A model generated the notes under the pieces. The model saw nothing but the letters and a program-made list of their open reading frames with translations. It was not told the origin of the DNA and did not search any database. Positions 17,791 through 30,200 of a DNA stretch of 64,000 nucleotides are shown one piece after another (the stretch's first letter is position 1; every line of letters starts with the position of its first letter). Position numbers and translations under genes: made by a program. The stretch lies in assembly GCF_009914755.1 (NCBI RefSeq), contig NC_060947.1; one strand, given 5' to 3'. Source of the DNA: the human T2T-CHM13v2.0 reference genome, Homo sapiens.

Positions 17791-20038
17791 GCAGGCTTCA
17801 AGATGGCTGGCTGGAGGTGTCAGGGCTCACTTTTTCCACAAAGATGGACCCAAACAGCAAGTAGATAACCACATGTTGATTAGAGCTTCGGAACACTAGA
17901 ATTCCATATAGAAGTGACAGGTAACCTATGAGGTATAAAAGCAGAAGAAAGCAAAGTAGCTGGCCTGGCTGGGATTGACTCAGAGCCAGGAAGAACTCCC
18001 TTTTGCAAGGAAAATAGAGGGATACCCAGTGGTCCACATTCTCAATGTGGACTCCTACAGTCATAGCCACAGAAGAAAAACTTGGCCTACATGGGCCCTG
18101 AGGACCATATAGGAAGGTGCCTGGTGTACATATGATGGCACTTGTCCAGAAAGAGTTCATGTTGGGTTCCATAAACACACGGAGATTCAAGTACAATTAC
18201 GAGAGCCCAGCCCCTGCTAGACTACATCCTGCCCTGGAACCCAACATCCCCTGCATCTCCACATCCCTGGAGCCCTGTTGATATTCCCCTATGTTCAAAT
18301 GGAGGTCTACAGCAACACAACATCAGCTGGACCCAGTGGTGAGGATGGTTTCTCAGCAGTCTAGCCTACACAGTGTCCAACATTCCAGATAATAGGCAGT
18401 GTAATGCACTAGAAAATCTGCCCACAGGACAAAAGGAGCCAAAACTTGCACTTCCCATAGCCTTACAGCTGCCCTTGGGCGGTTACTGCTAATGACAGCA
18501 ATCCTATCCCTTCCAGCATCTGGGCCACTACACACCTGCATGCAAATTCAGGGAACCTGAGGACTGGCCCACTGATGCACTTACTGAGGCCTGAAGAAAG
18601 GCCTACATCACTGACCACCACTGGCACTCAGGCATGCCATTGTGGGGTAAGAACAAGCCTGCCCCATTCATTGCTACTGCCTCTGGCACATAAGCATGCT
18701 GTCTGAAGGACTACAGAAGTGCATGCTCTGCCTGTCACATTCAGCACACACACAGACAGGCTCTTCCCTCCTGCCACTGCCACTAATAATGCCCACATAC
18801 ATTATCCAGGGGCTGGAGGCTAACCCATTCTGTCTATGGGTACCCTCCATTGAGGGGCCTGAGGGCAGGCCCTCTCCACCTACCACAGCTGGTACAGAAA
18901 CTCGTGCCCCCACACAGTGTCTAGTGACCTGGGAAATGACTCACCACACCCTACACCCCATCCTGGATACTAAGGACAGGCTCATCTACACCCATAACCA
19001 CCATTGATGGTACCCCACATACACAGCCCTAGGGATTAAGGATTGGCATGCCTAGCCTGTTGTCACCACTACTAGTGACCCAGAACCATCCTGCTTGGCA
19101 TGACGATACCAAACAAAGCTTTGCCATAGTCTCCACTAACAACCACATCTCATCCCAAAGAAATCATATGAAAACTACAATTCTGTGCTCACCCAAAATC
19201 AGCGCCAAAGAATCCTACCTAACCAAGACTATAGAAAAAATCTTTTAAAAAAAGATAATTCATAAGATTGAAACGAACAACTAATACCAGTAGTGCAGAT
19301 ATCTACATAAAGACAAAAGAAACATAAAAAAGTGAGAAAACATGACACCTGCAAAGCAACACAATAATTTTCCAGTAATGGGTTTCAAATAAAAGACAAT
19401 CTATGAAATTCCTCAAAAATAATTCAAAATAATAGTCTTCAAACAGTTCAGTTAAATAAAAGAGAATACACATGAACAATATAAAGACATAAAAAAAAAT
19501 TCCTGATCTGAATAGAAAATGCCAAAGATAGATAAATTCCATAAAAAACAGAATCCCTGTTACTAAAGAATTCCATGAATGAAATAAAAGTACAATCAAG
19601 AGCTTCAACAATAGACAAGAACAACTGAAGAAATAATTTTTGTAAATGAGAAGACAGATCTTTTGAAATAACCCTGTCAGACAATTTTTAAAAAGAAGAA
19701 AAAAAGCCAATGTGACATATGAGATATAATAAAGTGGTGAAATATTCATTTTCTGAGTTCTAGAAAGAGCAGAGATGAGCAAAGGCAGAGAAAAACTATT
19801 TAACAAAATAATAGCTGAAAACTTCCCAACTCTTGCAAGAGATGCAGACATCCAGATATAGGAAGCTCAACAATCCCCAAATATATTCAACCTAAAAAGT
19901 TTTCTCCAAGGTGCATTATAGATAAACTATCAAAAGTAAAAAACACTCCTAAAAGCAGCAAGAAAAAAGTGTCAAGTAACATGTAAGGAAATCTCCATCA
20001 GACAAAGAGTGAATTTATCATCAGAAACCCAATAGGCC

Positions 20039-22424
20039 TGTGTTAGGCCATTCTTGCACCACTATAAAGAAATACCAGAGACTGTGTAATTTATAAAGAA
20101 AAGAAGTTTAATTGGCTTACAGTTCTGCAGGCTGTACAGAAAGCATGGACTGGTATCTGCTCAGCTTCTTAAGAGGCCTCAGGGAGATTTTACTCATGGC
20201 AAAAGGTGAAGCAGGATAGGGCACATCACATGGCAAAAGCAGTAGCAAGATGGGGGGAAGTGTTACACTGTTAAATAACATTTCTGATGATAACTCACTC
20301 ACTATTATAAGAACTAAGACATTCATAAGGGATCTGCTCCCGTAATCCAATCACCTCCCACCAAACCCCATGTCCAACATTGGGGATAACATTTCAACAT
20401 GAGATTTGGGTAAGAACAAATATCCAACTATATTACTCTGCCCCTGGCCCCTCAAATATCATGTTTCTCTCCCATTGAAAAATACAATCATGCCTTCCAA
20501 ATAGTTCCCCAAAGTCTTAGCTCATTCTAGCATTAACTTAAATGTTCCAGGTCCAAGTCCAAAGTCTCATCTGAGACTCATCTCCTTTCACTCATGAGCC
20601 TGTAAAATAAAATTTAAAAAAAGTTATTTACTTCCAAGTTGCAATGGAGATGCAGACATTAGGTAAACATTCCCATTCCAAAGAAAGAAATGGCCAAAAG
20701 AAAGGGGCAATGGGCCCCATGTATGTCTGAAACCAAGAAGGAGAGTCATTAAATCTTAAACCTCCAAAATAGTCTCCTTTGACTCCATATCTTGCATCCA
20801 GGGCACATTGGTACAAGGGAGTGGGCTCCCAAGGTCTTGGGCAGCTCTGCCCATGTGGCTTTTCCACATTAAGTTTGCAAGCTGCCAGTGGATCTACCAT
20901 TCCAGGGGCTGGAGTGTGGCAGGCCCCTTCCCACAGCTCCATTAGGCAGTGCCCCATAGGGGACTCTGTGTGGGGTATCCAACCACATATTTTCTCTTGG
21001 CACTATCCTCACAGAGATTTGCTGTGAGGGCTGTGCCCTGGAAGCAGGCTTCTGTCTGGCCACCCAGGCTTTCTCATACATCCTCTGAAATCAAGGTAGA
21101 GGCTGTCAAGCCTTCACTGTTGCACTCTGCATGCCCACTGGTGTAATACCACATGGAATATACCAAGACTCAAGACTTGCATTCTCCAAAGTGGCAGTTC
21201 AAACTGTACCTGGGCCTCTTTGATCCCTGGCTTGAGCTGAAGTAGATAAAATATGGAAAGCAGTGTCCTGAAGCTATGCAGGGCAGTAGAGCCCTGGGTC
21301 TGGCCTATGAAACCATTATTCCTCCTAGGCCTCTGGGATGGTGATGGGAGGAGCTGCCATAAAGGTCTCTGAAATTCCTTCAAAATCTTTTTGGATATTA
21401 GCACTTGGCTCCCTTTTAGTTATACAAATATCTATAGCAAGTGGTTGTTTCACAGCCTGCTTAAATTCCTCTTCCAAAAAACACTTTTTCTTTCTTTGCT
21501 ATATGACTTGCCTGCAAATTGTCCAAACTTTTATGCTCTGCTTCCTGTTTAAATATAAATTCCAACTTTAAGTAATTTATTTGCTCCCACACATGAGAAT
21601 ATGCTGTTAGAAGCAGCCAGGCCACATCTTTAATGCTTTGCTGCTTTGAAATTTCTTCTGCCAGATACTCTGTCATCATACTCCAGTTCAATCTTCCAAA
21701 TATTCCTAGAGCATGAACACAATGCAGCCAAGCCCTTGACTAAGGCATAACATGGGTGACCTTTGCTCCAGTTCCCAATAAGTTCCTCATTTCCATCTAA
21801 GACCTTGGCAGCCTAGACTTCACTGTCCATTTCACTATCAGCATTTGGTCACAACCATTTAACCAGTTTCTAAGAAGTTCCAAACTTTCCCTCATCTTTC
21901 TGTCTTCTTCTGAGGCTCCCAAACTCATCCAATATCTGCCTGTCACCTAATTCTAAAGCTGCTTCCATATTTTCAGGTCTCTCTATAGTAATGCTTCACC
22001 CCTTAGTACCAATTTTCTGTGTTAGGCCATTCTTGCATTGCTATAAAAAATGCCTGACATTGGGTAATATATAAATAATAGAAGTTTAATTGGCTCATCG
22101 TTCTGCAGGCTATACAGAAAGCATGGCACCAGCATCTGTTTGGCTTCTAGGGAGGCCTCAGGAAGCTTTTATTCATGGCAGAAGGTGAATCAGGAGAAGA
22201 CACATTACATGGCAAAAGCAGGAGCAAGAGGAAGTGGGTAGGTGCCAGATACTTCTAAATACAAGATCTCATGCAAACTCACTCACTATTAAAAGGACAG
22301 CACTAAGTCATTCATGAGGGATCTGCCACCAAGACCCAATCACCTCCCACCAGGCCCTACCTCCAATATTGGGGAATACATTTCAACATCAGATTTGCGT
22401 GGGGTCAAATATCCAAGTATATCA
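20039..22424 (-). mobile_element. Full-length MST (MSTB-like) MaLR: LTR 20039-20435, internal region, LTR 22018-22424
   Basis: Two direct repeats starting 'tgtgttaggccattcttgca' and ending 'aa(c/g)tatat(t/c)a'; MaLR internal ORF remnants on the minus strand; 5-bp TSD aggcc/aggct (20034-20038, 22425-22429). Confidence 0.92.
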
Positions 22425-24016
22425 AGGCTAAAAGAGAATGGAATGATATATTCAAGGACCAAAAGAAGAAAACTTACCAACCAATAACACTATACCCAGC
22501 CTTGCTATCCCTCCAGAAATGATGAAGGAATAAATTATTTCCCAGACAGGCAAAAGCTTTGAAAAATGATCACCCCCAGACCAGTCCAAGAGGAAATAGT
22601 TAAGGAAGTTCTACATCTCTACACAAAAGTATGATATCTATCATCATGAAAACACATAAACGTGTAAAACTTACTTGTAGAGCAGACACACAAATGAGAA
22701 ATAAAATGGAGACAAATGTTATCATTACAAAATCTACTACATTGTAACATAAACAATAAAAGAGGGAGAAAACCAAAGATATACAAAACAATTTGAAAAC
22801 CATTAGTAAAATTGCAGGAGTAAGACATCACCTATCAATAATAGCCTTGAATGTAAACAGTTTAAATGCCCCAATTAAAACTCATAAACTGACTGAATGG
22901 ATTGAAAAAAAAGACTCAAATACGTGTTGCCTACAGGAGGCTCACTTCACCTGTAAAGACACATATGGACTGAAAGTGAAAGGATGAAAAAAAGAATATT
23001 CCATGCAAATGATAACCACAAGTGTGCAGAGGTAGTTATACTTCTATCAAACAAAATAAACATTAAGTCAAAAAATATAAAAAGACACAAAGAATATTAT
23101 CATATAATGATAAAAGGATCAACTCAGCAAGATAATATAACAATTGTAAATATGTATACACCAAACACTGAAATACCCAGATATATAAAGCAAAGATAAT
23201 TAGAGCTAAAGAAAGACATACATCCCAATACAATAATAGTTGGGGAGTTTAACACCTGACATATCACTGGAAAGATTGTCTAGACAGAAAATAGCAGAGA
23301 CTCACTAGGATTAATCAGCACTATAGACAAAATGAACGTAACAAACATTTACAGAACATTTCATACAACAAATACAAAATACACATTCTTCTCATTAGCT
23401 CATTGAACACTCTCCAGGACAGACCATATGTGAGGCCACAAAGCAAGTTTCAACAAAGTGTTAAAAACAAAAATCATATCAAGTATCTTCTCAGAACACA
23501 TTGAAATAAAAAGTCAAAAAGAAAAAATTTGGAAACTACAGAAATAAAAAAAAAAAACGTGCTCCCAAACAATCATTGGATAAATAAAGAAATTAATAAA
23601 AAACAATCTTGAAACAAATTAAAAATACAACAAAAAATATGTGACACAGAAAAGAAGTATGAAGAGGAAAGTTTATAGGAGTATATACCTACATCCAAAA
23701 TGTGGAAAGATTTCAAGTATTCAACCTAATAATGAAGCTCAAGGAATGAAAATAAAATAATAATCCAAACCTAAAATTAGTAGAAGGTAGAAATATCAGA
23801 ACAGAAGTAAACAAAATAAGGACTAAATAAACAATGCAAAGGATAGAAGAATTAAAAAGTTGGTTCTACAAAAAAAATAAAAAAATTATGAACTCCCAAC
23901 TCTAATAACCAATAATAAAAGAAAACTCAAATAAAATTAGAAATGAAAAATAAAACAAAGACATGACAACTAATAGTATGGAAATATAATAGGTCATTAG
24001 AGACAATTCAAACTAT

Positions 24017-26360
24017 TGTACTAGTCCATCTTCATGCCGCTATAAACAATTGCCTGAGAATGAGTAATTTACAATGAAAAGATGTTTAATTGACTCACCG
24101 TTCTGCAGAGCTGCAGAGGCCTCAGGAAATTAACAATCATGGCAGAAGGAGAAGCAAATATGTCCTTCTTCTTATGGCAGTAGAATGGGGAAGAATGAGT
24201 GCCCACCAAAGGGCCTCTTATAAAACCATCAGATCTCGTGAGAACTAACTATCACAAGAACAGGATGGGGAGAACCACCCCCATGATTCAATTATCTCCA
24301 CGTGGTCATCCCTTGACACATGGGGATTATTGCAATTCAAGATGAAATTCTGGGTGGGGACACAGCCAAACCATAATATTCTACCACTAGGCCCTCCCAA
24401 ATCTCATGTCCTCACAATTCAAAACACAATCACACCCTTCCAACAGTCCCCTAAAATATTAACTCATTCCAGTATTAACTCAAAAGTCCAAGTCCAAAGT
24501 CTCATCTGAGACAAGGCAAGTCCATTCCACCTATGAGCCTGTAAAATCAAAAGCAAGTGGTTACTTCCTAGATAAAATGGGTACAGGCATTGGACAAATA
24601 CATCTGTTCCAAATGGGAGAAACTGGCCAAAACAAAGGGGTTAGAGCCCCCATGTAATCATTAAACCTTAAAGTTCCAAAATAATCTCCTTTGATTCCAT
24701 GTCTCACATCCAGGTCATGCTGATGCAAGAGGTGGGCTCCCATGGTCTTGGGCAGCTCCATCCCTGTTGCTTTGCAGGGCACAGCCCCACTCCTGGCTGC
24801 ATTCACTGGCTGGTTTTGAGTGTCTGTGGCTTTTCCAGGTGCACTGTGCAAGCTGTCAGTGGCTCCACAATTCTGGAGTCTGGAGGATGGTGGCCCTCTT
24901 CTCATAGCTCCATTAGGCAGTGCTCCAGTGGAGATTCTGTGTGGGGGCTTCAACCCCACATTTCCCTTCCACACTACCTTAGCAGAGGTTTTTCATGAGG
25001 GCTCTGCCCCTGTATCACACTTCTGCCTGGACATTGAGGCATTCCCATACATCCTCTGACATCTAGGGGGAGGTTCTAAAACCTCAATTATTGACTTCTG
25101 TCTACCCACAGGCTCAACATCATGTGAAAGCTGTCAAGGCTTGGGGCTTGTACACTCTGAAGCCATGGCCCGAGCTGTACCTTGGCCCCTTTTAGCCATG
25201 GCTGGGACACAGGGCACCAAGTCTTGAGACTGCACAAAGCAGTAAGACTAGGAGGCCAGGCCTCTGGGCCTGTGATGGGAGGTACTGCCATGAAGACCTC
25301 TGATATGCCCTGGAGACCATTTCCCCATTGTTTTGGAGATTTACCCTTGGCTCTTCATTACTTATGCAAATTTCTGCAGCCAGCTTGAATTACTCCCCAG
25401 AAAATGGGTTTCTCTTTTCTATCACATCATCAGGCTGCAAATTTTCTGAACTTTTATGATCTGCTTCCCTTTTAACATAAGCTCCAATTCCAAACCATAT
25501 CTTTGTGAATACATAAAACTGAATGCTTTTAACAGCACCCAAGTCACATCTTGAATGCTTTGCTGTTTAGAAATTTCTTCTGCCAGATACCCTAAATCAT
25601 CTCTCTCAAGTTCAAGATCTCTAGGGCAGGGGCAAAATGCTTCTAGTCTCTTTGCTAAAACATAGCAAGAGTCACATTTATTCCAGTTCCCAAAAAGTTT
25701 CTCATCTCCATCTGAGACCACCTCAGCCTGGACTTCATTGTCTATATCACTCTCAGCATTTTGGTCAAAGCCATTCAACAAATCCCTAGGAAATTCCAAA
25801 CTTTCCCACATCTTTCTGTCTTCTGAGCCTGCCAAGTCTCTAGGAAGTTCCACACTTTCTCACATTTTCCTGTCTTCTTCTGAGTCCTAAAAACTGTTCC
25901 AACTTCTGCCTATTACACAGGTCCAAAGTAGCTTGCACATTTTTGGGTAGCCTTGTAGTGACACCCCAATCTACTGGTACCAATTTATTGTATTAGTCCA
26001 TCCTCACACTGCTATAAAAAAACTGCCTGAGACTGGGTAATTTATAAAGGAAAGAGGTTTAATTGACTCACAGTTTCACAGGGCTGGGGAGGCCTCAGAA
26101 AACTTACAATCATGGCCGAAGGGGAAGCAAACGCATCCTTCTTCTCATGCGGTAGGAAGGGGAAGAATGAGTACCCAGCAAAGGGGGAAGCCCCTTATAA
26201 AACCATCAGATCTTGTGAGAACTAACTCACTATCACAAGAAAAGGATGGGGGAAAACACCCCCATGATTCAATTATCTCCACCTGGTCCCACCCTTGACA
26301 TATGGGGATTATTACAATTCAAGATGAAATTTTGGGTGAGGACACAGCCAAACCATATCA
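24017..26360 (-). mobile_element. Full-length THE1 (THE1C/D-like) MaLR: LTR 24017-~24378, internal region, LTR 25989-26360
   Basis: LTRs 'tgta(c/t)tagtccatc...cacagccaaaccata'; internal ORF remnants (LNGFDQNAESDIDNEVQAEVVSDGDE); exact 5-bp TSD ACTAT (24012-24016, 26361-26365). Confidence 0.94.
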
Positions 26361-27235
26361 ACTATACACTAAAAAATTAGAAAACCTACAGAAAATCAAT
26401 AAATTCCTAGACACATACAACCTACCAATACTGGGTCACAAAGAAATAGAAAACCTGAGGACACTAATTGAATCAACAATGAAATGTCCCTTGACAGAGA
26501 AAAGCCTAGGGTCAGATATCTTTACTGCTGAGTTCTCTTCTTGCCCATGCTGTCTGCCTGATATAAAGAATTAACACCAATTCTTCTCAAACTATTCCAA
26601 AAAAAATTAAGAGAAGGTAACTCTAACTCATTCTATGAAGCCAGTATTATCCTGATACCCAAATCACCACAAAGACATAACTAAAAAAAAGTATAGGTCA
26701 ATATTCCTGATAAATATAGATGCAAAAATCCTCAACAAAATACTATCAAACTGAATCTAACAGCACATAAAAAGAAACATCCTGATCTGTTGGTAGTTAC
26801 TCCAGTAATACAAGGATGGTTTCACATATGCAAATCAGTAAATGTGATATATAACATGAATACAATGAAATACTAAAACCATATAATCATCTCAATAGAT
26901 GCAGCAAAAACATTTGATAAAATTCAACATCTCTTCATGATGAAGACTCAGAAATTAAACAGAGAAAGAAGGTAACTCAACATAATTAAGGTTTTCTACA
27001 ACCTGCACAGAGCTAACATCATACTGCATGGGGAAAAGATGAACCCTTTCCCTAAGAACTGGGACAAGACCTAGAAGCCCACGTTCACCACTCTAACTCA
27101 CTATGGTACTGGAAGTCTTATCTAGAACAATAAGGCAAGACAAGGAAATAGAAGACATCTAAATTGAACAAGAGGAATTCAAATCCATCTTTACACAGAA
27201 CACAATCTTATATATAGAAAAATCTTTAAAATGTT

Positions 27236-30200
27236 AGGGATCAAAATATCTGATGAGATGCTGGTAGTCTGTGCTTCCTCCACAGAGAGGAATTAGAATA
27301 GTTAAGTGGATACGCACATTTTGAACAGATCGTTTAGCAGGGAATGCTAGGATTCACTGAAGAAGTGAAAGAAAGCACCAGAAGGAGAGGGTTCGAAGCA
27401 GCTTGCCTGGCTGGGAACTAGCTGAGAGATGGGAGAGGCTCCTGGACATGGAAAACAGTAAGAGAGAAACACTCAGGGTTCCACACTTTGTAATGGGCTT
27501 TTACAATGTTGGTTATAGGAGAAACCTCTGACCTACTAGGGCCTCAGGCCTGACATACAGAGCTGCCTGAAAACTGGACAAAGACATTACTCCAGAAAGG
27601 GAACCAATATGGAATCCCACAGGTATCTAAACCTAAATAGACTCAGCTGGGTGCCATTTTGAGAGCCCTAATACTGGGGATCTATAGACACAGTTACTGC
27701 TGCTGTGTTGCTCCAAGGGGGAAAAGGGAAGAGCAAGTGCTCCCAAGCACCCCTGGGAGGGTCCCTACTGCTCTGCTGTGGGCTGCTGTTGAGACTGAGA
27801 CATGAGAAGACTGCACTTCCCACAGCTTCTTGGCCATGCTGCTAGCCTGAGAGGTGCCCTGTCCTCATGCTGAGTTCAGGCTGATGTGGCTGCAACTGCC
27901 ATCGGGCCAAAGAAGGTTAAGAAGAATCAGCTTTTCTACTCATATATCTAAGACAATAGCCACTACCCTGCAATGGGATTCTGTGAGACTGAGACATGAG
28001 TGAACCAAACTCCCCAAAGTTTCTTGCCCATGCTGGTTGCATGAAGGTGGGGCGGCGGGGCGGCAGGGGGCGGTGGGTGGGGGGGGCGCTCCTCCTTCTC
28101 TTGTCCCAGGCCCAAGGCAACATTTTGAAAGTTTAACGCTGGGCTGCACCCTGCCCTCATGGTGAGTTCTAGCCGTCACCGCTAGAGCCACTTACCAGCC
28201 AAGGAGGAAAAGTGAAACCAGGCTTTCCTATGCATGTCTAGGACAATACCCATTGCCCTGCAACAGGCTGCTGTGAGGCTGAAATGCAAGGGAACCACAG
28301 TCCCCACAGCTTCTTGCCCATGCTGTCTGCCTAACAGGGACACCACTCTCCCTTGCTGTAGGCCCAAGGTGCCATTTTGAGAGTTTAATGCTAGGTTGCG
28401 CCCCATCCTCAGTTCACATTTGAGGTAATGCAGCTACAGCTGCCACCCAGCCAAGGGAGAAAGAGGAGAAAACAAGCTCTCCTAAGCACACATAGAACAA
28501 TATGCACTGCCTTGCTACAGGCAGTTGTGGTACTAGGGACTCGTATGCCCAACCCATTGCACTACCAGCAATACCAACATGGACTGCTTGGGTTGCAGTA
28601 GGTTGCTCCACCACGAATACTGCCATCAGCCACATCACACCTGATGCCTAGGGGCCTGAAAACCTGCCCACACACTTGGCTCACTGTCCTCACTACTAGC
28701 TTCTGCGCAAGCTACCTGGAGGTCCAAAAATCAGCCCTCCAGGACTTACTAACACCAGAGCAAATGTAAGCTGCTCTGGGGCCTAAAAACAGGCAAACTC
28801 ACACCACCGCAGCCACTACCGAGGCCCAGAAACTGGCTCAGTTGTCAACCAAGTCGCCAGCAAAACTTCACCACAACCTCAACTAATAATTGTACCCCAA
28901 GCCACTGAGAAAATCACAGATTATCACTTATACTGTGTACTTCTGAAGTCATACAAAGATCACACTACTTCAGGCACCCCAAATCAAAGCCAAAGTATCC
29001 TACCCAACCAACAACATACATAAATTTTCAGGAAATAATTTTTCTCTACAAAAGCAATTTCAAAAAATTAGAATAAGCAACTGCTAAAACAAATACATAG
29101 ATATCAATGGAAGGCCACACAAAAAACCATGAAAAAGCAAGGAAAGAAACACACCCCAAAGAAACACAATAATTGCCTAGCAATAGATACCAATAAAAAA
29201 TAATTCTTCAAAATGCCAGGTAAAGAATTCAAAATAGTGATTTTAAAGAAGCTCAATAAGATGCAAGAGAAATCTGAAAACAAATATAAAGAAATCAGAC
29301 ATAAAATTTAGGATATAAATGAGAAATTTAACCAAGGAGACAGAGATCTTAAAAAAAACAAGAAGAAATTCTGGAAACAAAAATTAATTGAAGAAAATAC
29401 AAAATACATTTTTTTAATGTATTAAAAACTTCAATGTATTCAGCTTCAAAAACAGACTGAACCAAGCAGAGGAATCTCAGAGCTTGAAGACAGACCTTTT
29501 GAAATAATGCAGTTAGATAACATTTTTTTTTAAAAAAAGAATAAAAAATAATAAACAAAGCTTTTAAGATGTTTGAAACTACATAAAATGGCCAAGCTTG
29601 CAAATTATCTGTATTCCCAAGGGAGAAGAAAAATTAAAACTTTAGAAAATATATTTAGGTTAATAATGGATAAAAATGTCCCAAGTCTAGCAAGGGAGTT
29701 AGACATGAAGCTATAGGAGACCAAGTGATCCCCTAAGGCAAATATATTGCAAAAAGTATTTCACCATGGCATATTATATTCAGAATGTCTAAAGCCAATG
29801 TGAAAGAAGGAAGTTTAAAATTAGCAAGATAAAAGCATGTAATCACCTATAAAGGAAACCCCATCAGACTAACAGTGGACTTTAAAGCAGAAACCTTATG
29901 AGCCAGAAGAGAATAAGATGGCATTTACAAAGTGCTGGAAGAAAAAAAAAGTCAGCAAAAATGTTTACATCTTCGCAGAATAGACTTCATAAATAAGAGA
30001 GTAATAAAGACATTCCCAGACAAGCAATAGCTGAGGGAATCCGTCACCACTGGATCAGCCCTACAGCAAATGCTGAAAGGAATATTAAACACAGAACTGA
30101 AAGTTCAGTAGTCTATCATGAAAATAAATGGAAACATAAAACTCACGTCTTATAAAACAACCACACAAAGGAAGAAGACAAAGGAATCAAATGGCAACGT

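Larger units (their letters stand above)
17791..27235 (+). mobile_element. Old L1M-type element (5' UTR, ORF1, ORF2 up to RT), split by MST and THE1 insertions
   Basis: 5' end 'cttcaagatggctggctggagg'; ORF1-like sequence at 19300-20038 that resumes at 22425; EN peptide LNVNSLNAPIK...CCLQEAHFT; ORF2 resumes after THE1 at 26361. Confidence 0.8.

Noticed and set aside
24561-25853. THE1 internal ORFs as a domesticated gene
   Set aside because: They are fragmented MaLR internal ORF remnants typical of the family.
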